This document shows positions 48,504 through 58,303 of a stretch of DNA of 64,000 nt, piece after piece. The notes under the pieces were generated by a model that was not told the origin of the DNA, searched no databases, and saw only the letters and a program-made list of their open reading frames with translations. Both the position numbers and the translations under genes were made by a program. The stretch lies in the NCBI GenBank assembly GCA_019923605.1, contig JAHXGM010000001.1, positions 398-64,397 of the forward strand, in the 5' to 3' direction. Position 1 is the stretch's first letter. Each line of letters begins with the position of its first letter. Source of the stretch: Candidatus Nealsonbacteria bacterium. Lineage in GTDB: Bacteria; Patescibacteriota; Minisyncoccia; Minisyncoccales; CSSED10-335.

Positions 48504-49065
48504 GTTCTTTTTGATATTTACCCAGACGCTTTACTAACTGTTTGTTATTATAAACTTTTACTATTTCAATACATCTTTCCCAATTTATTGAATTTAAGTT
48601 GTCAAAATAATAGCCTGGAAATAAATAAAGCATATCTAAAAATGCCCTTTCTTTGGTAGCAATACCATAATTACTCTTATTAATAATTCCTGTTGGATTA
48701 AACAAAATATCCTCTTTTAATTTTCTAAAAGTAAAAAAACTTTTATCTATTTTTTTTGACAGAGAGTACGGACCAGCAACAAAAATTGTATCGTAATGTT
48801 GAAAGATAACACCATTTTCTCGAAGAACAGTTTCAAAGCTGATATAAGAGGGGGTATAAATACTGACCGCTAGTTCTTTTACATCAAAGTTTTTATCTTT
48901 TGCAAAAACTCCTCTAGTCATCCTAATCAACGCTTTTTGTTTCACATAATATGAAATCTTAGAGTACAAATTTGCTTTATCATTTATCTGCCAAATTAAA
49001 GCCAGATCCTTGTTGGTTAAGATCGTCTTAGGAGATTGATATAATTTCGCTATTAAGCTGTCCAT
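48493..49065 (-). CDS. abiEi: AbiEi-like antitoxin/transcriptional regulator (type IV toxin-antitoxin)
   Basis: 190 aa directly upstream of and overlapping the AbiEii-like gene. An inverted-repeat operator lies in its promoter. N-terminal region is plausibly wHTH. Assigned mainly from context. Confidence 0.5.
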   Translation of the reverse strand: MDSLIAKLYQSPKTILTNKDLALIWQINDKANLYSKISYYVKQKALIRMTRGVFAKDKNFDVKELAVSIYTPSYISFETVLRENGVIFQHYDTIFVAGPYSLSKKIDKSFFTFRKLKEDILFNPTGIINKSNYGIATKERAFLDMLYLFPGYYFDNLNSINWERCIEIVKVYNNKQLVKRLGKYQKEHAK

Positions 49066-49078
49066 GTTAATTTATCTA

Positions 49079-49133
49079 ATGGAACTAATAATTTATCACA
49101 GTTCCATTGTATATTATTGGAAAGTTTTGTCAA
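49079..49133 (-). promoter_or_regulatory. Consensus sigma70 promoter (TTGACA-16-TACAAT on the minus strand) overlapping an 8-bp perfect inverted repeat, the putative AbiEi autoregulatory operator
   Basis: Minus-strand -35 TTGACA (plus coordinates 49128-49133), 16-nt spacer, -10 TACAAT (49106-49111). Inverted repeat ATGGAACT (49079-49086) ... 13 nt ... AGTTCCAT (49100-49107) between the -10 and the abiEi start codon (49065). Confidence 0.55.
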
Positions 49134-49175
49134 ATTACAAATAAGAAGATAAATAAGATTAATTCTTAGCTTTTT

Positions 49176-50078
49176 TTACATAAAACTATTAACAATATCT
49201 TTTGACTCTTTGAAATTTTTCACCCAATAAATTCGCTGATCATTTTTCCACCAATTCATTTGTTTTTTACTAAACTTGATAGTATCTCTTAAAAGATTTT
49301 CTTTCATTTCTTCATAAGATATTTTATTCTGTAGATATTTTGCAATCCATTCATACTCAAGTCCAAACGACTCAAGTCTTTTCCAAGAAAGACCCGAGGA
49401 TCTTAATTCTTTAACCTCCTTTATCATCCCTTGGTCTAGTCTAAGTTCCAATCTTTTTTTAATAGCTTTGTCTAAATCTTTTTGATTCTTTTTGATTCCT
49501 ATGAATAGTGTATTATAGGCAGGATTTTCTTTTACTGAAGGTACTGGTTTTTTTGTTTTTATGACTATCTCTATGGCCCTTATTAATCTTCTGGGATTAT
49601 CTTTTTCTATATTTTTAGCTCTTTGAGGATCAATAGATTTAAGGAGTTGATAAAGTTCTTCAGTACTTTTCTTGCTCAGTTTTTCTCTGAGTTTCCAGTC
49701 AGGCGTTACTTTGGGTATAATTACTCCATCGGTAATGGATTTGATATAGAAACCACTTCCGCCACATAGAATTGGTAGTTTACCTCTTTCTATTATTTGA
49801 CCTATCTTTTGATAGGCTATTTTTTGATATTGAGCAACACTAAACTTCCTTTTTGGACTGGCAACGTCTAAGAGGTGGTGTGAGATTCCTTTTGTTTCCT
49901 TTTTAGTTATTTTTCCGCTTCCAATATCTAGCCCCTTATAGACTTGTCTTGAGTCAGCGGAAATTATTTCGCCATTATATTGATTGGCAATCTTAACAGC
50001 CAAGCTACTCTTGCCTGAGGCGGTCGGTCCGATTATTACAATTAACTTTAGTTTGTCAGATCTCCCTCGAGTCCCCAT
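49176..50078 (-). CDS. miaA: tRNA dimethylallyltransferase
   Basis: P-loop IVIIGPTASGKSS and ISADSRQVYKGLDIGSGK. Confidence 0.92.
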   Translation of the reverse strand: MGTRGRSDKLKLIVIIGPTASGKSSLAVKIANQYNGEIISADSRQVYKGLDIGSGKITKKETKGISHHLLDVASPKRKFSVAQYQKIAYQKIGQIIERGKLPILCGGSGFYIKSITDGVIIPKVTPDWKLREKLSKKSTEELYQLLKSIDPQRAKNIEKDNPRRLIRAIEIVIKTKKPVPSVKENPAYNTLFIGIKKNQKDLDKAIKKRLELRLDQGMIKEVKELRSSGLSWKRLESFGLEYEWIAKYLQNKISYEEMKENLLRDTIKFSKKQMNWWKNDQRIYWVKNFKESKDIVNSFM

Positions 50079-51298
50079 GATAAAGATTTATTAACTTTTA
50101 TTTTAACAAAATTACCCACTAGAGATCTTGGGCCTTTTACTTTTATACTCTTATATTCTTTTGTTTTTCCAATAATAAATCCATCTTTTTCTTTTTCTAT
50201 TAAAGCTTCTACGGTCTTATTAATTAGAAATTTATTTCTTTGCTGGTTGTTCTTCATTAAAATTTCATTTATTATCGTCCAGCGCCTCTCTTTTTCAACA
50301 TTAGAAATATCATCTTTTAATTTAAACGATGGTGTTCCTGGGCGAGGGGAGTACTTTGAAATGTAGGCCATATCATATGGGATTTCTCTGAAAAGATCTG
50401 CGGTTTTTTGAAATTGTTCTTCTGTTTCTTTTGGGAAACCAACGATAACATCAGTTGATAAAGTTAGGTCGGGCAGTTCTTTTTTTATTTTTTGAACGAA
50501 TTTCTTATAATCAGATATTTTGTAAGGCCTATTCATTCTTTCCAATATTTCATCATCTCCAGATTGAACCGGAAGATGTAGGTATTTGGTAATTTTTTCA
50601 GAACCTTTGATAATTTCAATAAGTTCGTCAGAAAAATCTTTAGGATGAGAGCTTGTAAAACGAATCCAGAAATTACCAGGAACTTTTTCTACTTCCTTAA
50701 TTAGTTGGCAGAAATTAACTTCTTTTCCTTTAGAGTCCTTTCCTTTGTATGAATTAACATTTTGTCCTAATAACCAAACTTCTTTATTTCCTTTTTCATT
50801 AGCAAGGCGAACTTCTTCTATGATGTCGTCTAGTGGTCTTGATAATTCTCTTCCTCTGGTATAGGGGACAACGCAATAGCTACAAAAGTTATTACAGCCA
50901 GTCATAATTGGTATCAAGGCCGTTAATCCTCCTTGATTTTTTGGTTTGATTTTAAAGTAATTATCAAGATCCTTCTTGTTTAGTCCGTCAATTATTTCTG
51001 GCCAAGCCAGAAGGTCTTTTGTGTCTAAAATTAAATCAGCTTTCTTAGATAGTTTTTTACCATCTCTTTTTAGTATACATCCGGTGACAATAACTTTTCC
51101 GTTTTTAATATTTTCAATTTGACCATAAATTCTATTTACAGCCGATTGTCTGATTGAACATGAATTTATAACTACAAGGTCAGCATTATACTTGTCTTCA
51201 ACAAAAGAATAGCCCATGTCTTCAAGGACAGAGCTAATTCTCTCACTGTCAGAATGATTAGTCTGACAGCCATAGGTAATAATGTGATATTTTTTCAT
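50048..51298 (-). CDS. miaB: tRNA-i6A37 methylthiotransferase (radical SAM)
   Basis: MTTase N-terminal domain (ITYGCQTN), radical-SAM CNNFCSYC, TRAM C-terminus. Confidence 0.9.
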   Translation of the reverse strand: MKKYHIITYGCQTNHSDSERISSVLEDMGYSFVEDKYNADLVVINSCSIRQSAVNRIYGQIENIKNGKVIVTGCILKRDGKKLSKKADLILDTKDLLAWPEIIDGLNKKDLDNYFKIKPKNQGGLTALIPIMTGCNNFCSYCVVPYTRGRELSRPLDDIIEEVRLANEKGNKEVWLLGQNVNSYKGKDSKGKEVNFCQLIKEVEKVPGNFWIRFTSSHPKDFSDELIEIIKGSEKITKYLHLPVQSGDDEILERMNRPYKISDYKKFVQKIKKELPDLTLSTDVIVGFPKETEEQFQKTADLFREIPYDMAYISKYSPRPGTPSFKLKDDISNVEKERRWTIINEILMKNNQQRNKFLINKTVEALIEKEKDGFIIGKTKEYKSIKVKGPRSLVGNFVKIKVNKSLSWGLEGDLTN

Positions 51299-51300
51299 GC

Positions 51301-52908
51301 CTATAGTTTTTCTTTCTTTTCTTTAAGGAAGTAGCGCCATTGCTCAATAAATTCAACGAAAATTGAGTATGGCATATCAAGGAGGGCGTTAAATAGGGTA
51401 GAGAGTAGATTATATCTTTTCCATCTTATTGTAAGCCATCTTCCCAGATGTATTATAGGAAGGGCAAAGAAATCTACTAGAGTGTCAAGGAAAGTATCTC
51501 TTTCTTCAACCATCTGAAGGGCTCTTGCCTTTTGCCTTATTTTAGTCCCTGCGAAAGCGATTAAGGAGAGGAAAGTTATAAATATTGGATAAGAAAAGGG
51601 AGGGAAGTTTATTTTATTAAGTCCCCAAACTATAACTCCAATAGATGCAAGGGTACTAAGTAAATATACAGCAGTTATTATGAGTCCAAATATCGGCCCC
51701 CTTTTTCTGAAAGACTTAATGTCATAAGTTTCTTTCTTTTCTCTCTCGTAAGCTATTTTTATAGTTTCCATGATAACTTTCTCTATATTTCCTTTTGGCG
51801 GATCCTTTACGGTTAATGCCAAAAAGGCCATGAGCATTGTTGGAACAAAGATATTGACTAGGGTAGAGGTCATTGTGAATTGGCCAAAATATCTAGTCAG
51901 TTGTATTTCTATAGTAAATAGGAATAATATATCTGTTATAAAAATAGAGATAATTGAATAGAAAGCAGCTCTTCTGATTTTAATTCTAAGATTCTTAACT
52001 CTTTTATTATATTTTTCTTTAATTAAGGATTCTAATTTTTTAGGATCCATCATTTTTTCTTCGGCTCCTAATGGGTCTTCGGAAATAATATCATCAAGTA
52101 TAAAATAGGGCGTATTATATCTTTGACAGATATTGTTTATCTTTCCTGCTAAAGGGTGATTAAGATTAGCGTCTATTCCATTTTTAATATCGTATATCCC
52201 AGAAGCAACAATATTAATATATTCGGGAGATAAATTGGACCAATTTGGGAATTTATATTTTATTAAGTGATAACTAATGACTGAATAATCAAGGTCAAAT
52301 AAAGCTTTTTGGATACTTACGAAAATTTGAATATTTTTTTCCTCTTCTGATATTTGCTGATCCTTACTTAATTTTATTTTAGTCTTCATCTGCTCGTACA
52401 TATGCTCCATCAGAGCCCTTTCTTTTATAGAAGGTGATAGTATTTCTTCAATCTCGCAAGCAGCTATTGATGAAATCCATTGATATAGGTTTAAGCGTGA
52501 ATCATTTTTATCGGCTGGGCTGTTATTAAGAATTTGAATATATTTGTCTATTACTCTTTGGACTTCTTTTATCTTCAGTTCTTCAATTGAATTATTTGGA
52601 AAATGACCAGATCTGATTAGCTCCAAAACAAGAGGTTCAGCGGATATATATATTTTAATAAACTCTCCCGCACTGAGATTTATATGTGGTAGCATTCTTC
52701 TTCGTAGATTTCGCTCAATGACACCTTTTTTAAGAAGATGCTCTTCTTTCCAGTCAATAAACTCTCTTATTTTTTCATAAAAAGCAGCTACTCGTGAAGC
52801 GACTTCATCAACATGAATGGTTGTGATACCTTCTTTTGGCTCTAATGAATAGTGCCACTTTTTGTATTGCTCAATGAGCTTTTTTGTTTGTTTGGATATT
52901 TCAGACAT
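51301..52908 (-). CDS. Hypothetical protein with an about 300-aa soluble N-terminal domain and about 4 C-terminal TM helices
   Basis: 535 aa. Hydrophobic segments FYSIISIFITDILFLF, VPTMLMAFLALTV, IFGLIITAVYLLSTLASIGVIVWGL, IFITFLSLIAFAG. No identifiable motif. Confidence 0.55.
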   Translation of the reverse strand: MSEISKQTKKLIEQYKKWHYSLEPKEGITTIHVDEVASRVAAFYEKIREFIDWKEEHLLKKGVIERNLRRRMLPHINLSAGEFIKIYISAEPLVLELIRSGHFPNNSIEELKIKEVQRVIDKYIQILNNSPADKNDSRLNLYQWISSIAACEIEEILSPSIKERALMEHMYEQMKTKIKLSKDQQISEEEKNIQIFVSIQKALFDLDYSVISYHLIKYKFPNWSNLSPEYINIVASGIYDIKNGIDANLNHPLAGKINNICQRYNTPYFILDDIISEDPLGAEEKMMDPKKLESLIKEKYNKRVKNLRIKIRRAAFYSIISIFITDILFLFTIEIQLTRYFGQFTMTSTLVNIFVPTMLMAFLALTVKDPPKGNIEKVIMETIKIAYEREKKETYDIKSFRKRGPIFGLIITAVYLLSTLASIGVIVWGLNKINFPPFSYPIFITFLSLIAFAGTKIRQKARALQMVEERDTFLDTLVDFFALPIIHLGRWLTIRWKRYNLLSTLFNALLDMPYSIFVEFIEQWRYFLKEKKEKL

Positions 52909-52916
52909 ATCTTTTT

Positions 52917-55900
52917 TTAATTTTCCAATATTTCTTCCGCTTGGTCACAAATTATTTTTGGAGCGCCATCTCTATGATCTATTTTGCCGGTTATAAAGGC
53001 AATCTTATTTTCTTCAAATACAGAAAGATTTTTTTTCATAGTAGTTGAGAAAACTATAATCTCAATTTTATCAGTCAAATCTTCAAGGCTGACAAAAAGC
53101 ATTGGTTTACCAGATTTTGTAATTATTTTTTTAACTCCAGAAATAATTCCACCAACTCTAATCTTTTGTCCAGATATTGATTTCTTGGCATCAACTAAGG
53201 ATGTTGATCCTTTTCCTAGCACAGCTCGGAAATCATCTAGGGGATGGCTGGTTACAAAAAGACCAAGTAATTCCTTTTCCCATCTTAGCTTATCGCTTCT
53301 TAAAGCCAATGGCGCATTTTCTAGATTAATTTCTTCTTTACTAAAACTACTTTTAGCGAAAAGGGTAGATTGACCATTCAATTTATTCTTATTTAACTCT
53401 CTGGCTCTTTCAAGAATAATATTGATATTAGATAATATTTTATTCCTGTCCATCATCGAATCAAAAACTCCAGCCTTAGTTAAGTTCTCAAGAGACTTTT
53501 TGTTTAAATTTTTAGTTTTAACTCTATTAATAAAATCATTCAATGATTTAAAGTGACCATTCTTTTTTCTTTCCTTAACTATTGCTTCCGTAATCGCCAT
53601 CCCAACATTTTTAATTGCCGCAAGACCAAAGCGAATCTGTTTTTTGTTTGGAACCACACTGAAGAATACATAGCTTTCATTTATGTCAGGAGGGAGTACT
53701 TCAATCTTCATTCTTTTGCATTCCTCGATAAGGAAAGAAATTCTTTCAATATCTTTTCTATCTGAAGTTAGAAGAGATGACATAAATTCACAAGGGTAAT
53801 GCGTCTTAAGGTATGCTGTTTGGTAAGCGATAGTGGCATATCCTGCCGAGTGGCTTTTATTGAAACCATAGCTAGCAAAGGGCATTATCCATTCCCATAC
53901 TTGTTTAGCGACTTCTTTTTGTACACCATTTTCTGTAGCACCATCAATGAACTTGTCTTTTTGTTTCATCAAGAGCTCTCTGTTTTTTTTACCCATCGCC
54001 TTTCTTAATACATCAGCTTCAGCCAATGAAAAGCCTGCAAGATCTTGAGCAATTCTCATTATTTGTTCTTGATAGATGGGGATAGAATATGTTTTTTCAA
54101 GTATTGGTTTTAATTTAGGATGGATATATTCAACTCTTTTTTCTTTATTTTTTCTTGCGATATAGTCAGGGATCAGCTCCATTGGACCGGGCCGATACAA
54201 AGCTAATATAGCAATAATATCTTCAAATTCAGTTGGTTTTAATTGTTTTAAATATCTTTGCATTCCTCCCGATTCTAATTGAAAAATACCAATGGTTTCT
54301 CCTTTCTTTAGAATGTCATAGGTCTTTTTATTATCTAGAGGAATTTTTCCTATATTAATTTTTTCTCCTCTTATGACATATATCTTCGCTAAAGTATCTT
54401 CAATGATAGTCAGGTTTTTAAGTCCCAAAAAATCCATTTTAAGCAATCCAAGACTTTCAATTGATTTCATTTCATATTGAGTGACAATGCCATCTTCATT
54501 TTGACTGGGGTGTTGTAACGGAACAATTTCGTCTAATGGATCCTTAGAGATTACCACTCCACAGGCATGAGTAGAGGCATGTCTTGCCACACCTTCTAGT
54601 TTCTTGGCTATATCGATTAGTTCTTTTGCTTTGGAATCATTATCGTAGAGTTCTTTAAACTCAGAAACATTTTCCAATGTTTCAGATAGTGATAATCCAA
54701 AGGGGACCATTTTAGCCATTAAATCACAGTATAAATATGAATAATTAAGGGCTCTTCCCACATCTCTTATTACAGCTCGAGCAGCCATTGTTCCAAAAGT
54801 AATAATTTGAGCGACTTTATCGTGTCCGTATTTATCAGCAACATAGTGGATTACCTCATCTCTTCTTCTATCGGCAAAATCAAGATCAATATCAGGCATT
54901 GATATTCTTTCTGGATTTAAAAATCTTTCAAATAGTAGATCATATTTAAGCGGATCTATATCAGTAATATTTAGTAAATAGGCGACTAATGATCCTCCTA
55001 CCGATCCTCTTCCTGGCCCCACTATTATTTTATTATTCTTAGCCCAATTAACTAAGTCTTGGACAATTAGGAAGTATGAAGCAAAGCCGGTTTTTTTAAT
55101 AACTTCTAATTCATAATCAAGTCTTTCCATTACTTTTTCGGGAAGATGTTCTTCGCATTTACCTTTCATTCCTTCTAGGCAAAGCTCTCTAAGATATTCA
55201 TTGTATTCTTTTTTTTCAGGAAGGGGGAATGATGGTAATTTTGTTTCGTCAAATTTGAATTCAAAATTACATAGGTCTTTTATTTTCTGTGTATTCTTAA
55301 TTGCTTCGGGAACATCTTTAAAATTATCTGCCATTTCTTCGGGTGACTTAACCGAGAAGTCGTTGTCTTTCATGGTTAATCTTTCCGGATCATTTAATTT
55401 CGCACCAGTATTTATTAACATCAAAACATCTTGAGCTTCTAAGTCTTCTTTTCTTAGATAGTGGCAATCATTTGTAGCAACAAGAGGTATCCCGGTTCTT
55501 TTTGATATTTCTATTAATCCTTTATTAGCGATTACTTGTTCTTTTATATTAGGATGACTTTGTAGTTCAAGATAAAAGTTTCCTTTTCCGAATATTCTTT
55601 GATATTTTAAAGCGGTTTCTTCTGCTTCTTTAATTTTGTTATTAATTACTAGTCGGGGAATTTTTCCTTGTATGCAAGCTGAGAGTGCGATAAGGCCTTC
55701 GGAATGTTTTTCCAATAAATCTTCATCGGCACGAGGTTTATAGTAATATCCTTCGAGATTAGCTTTACTAACTAATTTTACTAAGTTTTGATAACCCTTA
55801 TCATTTTTAACTAACAAAACCAAATGATGTCTTTTGTCATCAATATTGGGTCTTTTTTGGTCCATGGATTCTAAGGCCACATAGACTTCACAGCCTATTA

Positions 55901-56084
55901 TCGGCTTGACCCCTTTTTCTTTAGCTTTCTTAACAAATTCAACGGCTCCGTATAGGACGCCGTGATCAGTTAGGGCGATTGAATCCATGCCCGATTCTTT
56001 TACATAGTCTAAAAGTTCATCAATTTTTGATAAACCATCTAGCAGAGAATAATGTGAGTGAACATGTAGGTGAGTAAAATCCAT
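52917..56084 (-). CDS. dnaE: DNA polymerase III alpha subunit
   Basis: PHP domain N-terminus (HLHVHSHYSLLDG), polymerase core, 1055 aa. Confidence 0.93.
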   Translation of the reverse strand: MDFTHLHVHSHYSLLDGLSKIDELLDYVKESGMDSIALTDHGVLYGAVEFVKKAKEKGVKPIIGCEVYVALESMDQKRPNIDDKRHHLVLLVKNDKGYQNLVKLVSKANLEGYYYKPRADEDLLEKHSEGLIALSACIQGKIPRLVINNKIKEAEETALKYQRIFGKGNFYLELQSHPNIKEQVIANKGLIEISKRTGIPLVATNDCHYLRKEDLEAQDVLMLINTGAKLNDPERLTMKDNDFSVKSPEEMADNFKDVPEAIKNTQKIKDLCNFEFKFDETKLPSFPLPEKKEYNEYLRELCLEGMKGKCEEHLPEKVMERLDYELEVIKKTGFASYFLIVQDLVNWAKNNKIIVGPGRGSVGGSLVAYLLNITDIDPLKYDLLFERFLNPERISMPDIDLDFADRRRDEVIHYVADKYGHDKVAQIITFGTMAARAVIRDVGRALNYSYLYCDLMAKMVPFGLSLSETLENVSEFKELYDNDSKAKELIDIAKKLEGVARHASTHACGVVISKDPLDEIVPLQHPSQNEDGIVTQYEMKSIESLGLLKMDFLGLKNLTIIEDTLAKIYVIRGEKINIGKIPLDNKKTYDILKKGETIGIFQLESGGMQRYLKQLKPTEFEDIIAILALYRPGPMELIPDYIARKNKEKRVEYIHPKLKPILEKTYSIPIYQEQIMRIAQDLAGFSLAEADVLRKAMGKKNRELLMKQKDKFIDGATENGVQKEVAKQVWEWIMPFASYGFNKSHSAGYATIAYQTAYLKTHYPCEFMSSLLTSDRKDIERISFLIEECKRMKIEVLPPDINESYVFFSVVPNKKQIRFGLAAIKNVGMAITEAIVKERKKNGHFKSLNDFINRVKTKNLNKKSLENLTKAGVFDSMMDRNKILSNINIILERARELNKNKLNGQSTLFAKSSFSKEEINLENAPLALRSDKLRWEKELLGLFVTSHPLDDFRAVLGKGSTSLVDAKKSISGQKIRVGGIISGVKKIITKSGKPMLFVSLEDLTDKIEIIVFSTTMKKNLSVFEENKIAFITGKIDHRDGAPKIICDQAEEILEN

Positions 56085-56112
56085 AATTTTTAGCGTAGCG
56101 TTTTTCTAACAA

Positions 56113-56790
56113 CTAATCAATTATTCTGTTATATTCCAATCCTTCAAATATTATCTCACCTTTTATGCGACTCTCTTTCATAATCAGGGTTTCTCCTATT
56201 TTTGCATTAAAAAGATTGAAATAACCCCAAAGATTCATTTTTTGAAAATCAGCAAGCCCTGAAATATAGGCCCATTCAAGATCAATTCCTTTTCCAATTT
56301 CTGCTTCTTGAAGAAAGAGGTCTCCGCAAACAGTACCACTATAAGTTTCCATGCTTATAATCTTTATTCCATTTAATTTTAATAAACCCTTTATCGTTGA
56401 TTTATTTAAACTCAAAAATCCTTGGATATTTGATTTTTCAAAGCTTAGGTCGTTTTCGACTTGACCTTTGACTATGTTAAGAGAATTTTTAATTGTAACC
56501 TTAGTTCCCGAGATACTGCCAGATACCTTTACTTCTCCGAGATAGAGAGTGTTATTAACTACTGCTCCATCAAGAATTAGGTCTCCATTTATGGAAGTTT
56601 TTCCAAGATAAACACTTCCCAAGAAGACTGAATTTTTAAAATTGAGCCCACACTTTATCTCTCTATTGGATAGATTCAATTCTTGGATGGTCTTATATGA
56701 AAAATCTGCATCGCGTTTTTCAAATTCAGCCTCTCTTATCTCTTTTTCAGTATCTTGTTGTAATATTACTTTTTGTTGAAATTCTTTCAT
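56113..56790 (-). CDS. Beta-helical repeat protein (bactofilin- or pentapeptide-like)
   Basis: Irregular short repeats rich in G/V/I/L/N/S/K (..GSVYLGKTSINGDLILDGAVVNNTLYLGEVKVSGSISGTKVTIKNS..). Start placed at the internal Met (MKEFQQK) so as not to overlap the divergent rnhB. Confidence 0.35.
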   Translation of the reverse strand: MKEFQQKVILQQDTEKEIREAEFEKRDADFSYKTIQELNLSNREIKCGLNFKNSVFLGSVYLGKTSINGDLILDGAVVNNTLYLGEVKVSGSISGTKVTIKNSLNIVKGQVENDLSFEKSNIQGFLSLNKSTIKGLLKLNGIKIISMETYSGTVCGDLFLQEAEIGKGIDLEWAYISGLADFQKMNLWGYFNLFNAKIGETLIMKESRIKGEIIFEGLEYNRIID

Positions 56791-56849
56791 TATAAGCGAA
56801 GCGTATATAATATTTATAGTGTAGACTATTTCTGTATTATAGGTTAATA

Positions 56850-57491
56850 TTGGCAAAAAAGGAAGATGTTATGAATGATAATTTTTGCTTTGAAAAAAGC
56901 TTGATGAAAAACAGAAGTGATGTTGTTGTGGGGCTGGATGAGGTGGGGAGAGGTTCATTGGCTGGCCCAGTAGTCGCGGCAGCTGTTTTCATTAGGGATT
57001 TTTCTATTTTCAAGGGATTAGATATTCGGGATTCAAAAAGAATGTCTGAAATTAAAAGAGAAAAGTTTTACAGTTCATTTATTAATCATCCTGCGATAGG
57101 ATGGGGGATAGGATCTATTTCGCATACAGAAATAGATAGGGTTAATATATTGAATGCTACTAAAATGGCGATGAGAGAGGCATTACATAACCTTGAAAAG
57201 AAAGAATCCCTAAAAGCTCGGCAATTGGTTATAGATGGTAATTTTGGCTTGGATACTAGATTAACTGAACATTTGATTATAAAAGGAGACGAAACCATTT
57301 TGTCTTGTAAAATCGCAAGTATTATTGCAAAAGTGTTTCGTGACAGGTATATGGTTGATTGTTCAAAAGATTATTTAGAATATAGATTTGATAAAAACAA
57401 GGGGTATGGAACAAGGGATCAGATAGAAGTAATAAAAAGAATTGGCTTTTGTGATATTCATAGAAGAAGTTTTAGTGTAAAGATATTGTAA
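56850..57491 (+). CDS. rnhB: Ribonuclease HII
   Basis: VVGLDEVGRGSLAGPVVAAAV is the RNase HII catalytic N-terminus. The true start may be an internal Met at about 56871 or 56904. Confidence 0.88.
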   Translation: MAKKEDVMNDNFCFEKSLMKNRSDVVVGLDEVGRGSLAGPVVAAAVFIRDFSIFKGLDIRDSKRMSEIKREKFYSSFINHPAIGWGIGSISHTEIDRVNILNATKMAMREALHNLEKKESLKARQLVIDGNFGLDTRLTEHLIIKGDETILSCKIASIIAKVFRDRYMVDCSKDYLEYRFDKNKGYGTRDQIEVIKRIGFCDIHRRSFSVKIL

Positions 57492-57566
57492 AAATAGATT
57501 TTCTATGATAGTATTCCTTGCAACTTTAATACTTGGAAGTGATTATAAAATTATTTAAATTGAATT

Positions 57567-57842
57567 ATGGCCGTACCAAAAAAGCGTCATACTAAATCCA
57601 GACGCGATAAACGAAGGATGCACATCTTTCTTACAAAACCAGGACTTGGAACTTGTCAGAAGTGTGGGAAAGAAACTATGCCTCATAGAATCTGCGCTAA
57701 TTGCGGATACTATAAAGGCAGGGAAGTGATAGATGTTTTGAAAAAATTAGATAGGAAGGAAAAGAAGCTTAAGAAAAAAGAAATCCAAGACGGTAAAAAA
57801 GTAAAAAAGGATTTGAGCATGGAAGAATTGTCCAAAAAATAA
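57567..57842 (+). CDS. rpmF: 50S ribosomal protein L32 with a Lys-rich C-terminal tail
   Basis: MAVPKKRHTKSRRDKRR and Zn-ribbon C..C...C..C. Confidence 0.88.
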   Translation: MAVPKKRHTKSRRDKRRMHIFLTKPGLGTCQKCGKETMPHRICANCGYYKGREVIDVLKKLDRKEKKLKKKEIQDGKKVKKDLSMEELSKK

Positions 57843-57857
57843 CCAAGTTGCTCTTTT

Positions 57858-58301
57858 ATGGCATCCAGGCACTTATCACGATCAATAGTTCTGCAATCTC
57901 TCTATGAATGGGATTTTTATGGCAAAAAAGATGGTAACTTAGAGCAGTTTGTAGAAAGAAATGTGGAAGAATTTGGACCGGGTTTAGAAGAGAAAAAGTT
58001 TGTCGGCGATCTTGTTAAGGGGGTAACAGAGAATTTAGAGAGGATAGATGATATTATAAAGATAGTTGCACCTGAATGGCCCATAGATCAGATTGCAATG
58101 GTTGATAGGAATATTTTAAGGATTGGACTCTTTGAACTTATATTCGGGAATCAAGATGAGGTCCCACCAAAAGTAGCAATAAATGAATCTGTCGAGTTAG
58201 CGAAAAACTTTGGAGGAGAGAGTTCGGGAAGATTTGTAAACGGAGTATTAGGAACAGTTTATAGGGAAATGAAAGAGGAAATAGATGATAATCAGAAATA
58301 A
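57858..58301 (+). CDS. nusB: Transcription antitermination factor NusB
   Basis: RSIVLQSLYEWDF..., DRNILRIGLFEL. Confidence 0.88.
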   Translation: MASRHLSRSIVLQSLYEWDFYGKKDGNLEQFVERNVEEFGPGLEEKKFVGDLVKGVTENLERIDDIIKIVAPEWPIDQIAMVDRNILRIGLFELIFGNQDEVPPKVAINESVELAKNFGGESSGRFVNGVLGTVYREMKEEIDDNQK

Positions 58302-58303
58302 CC

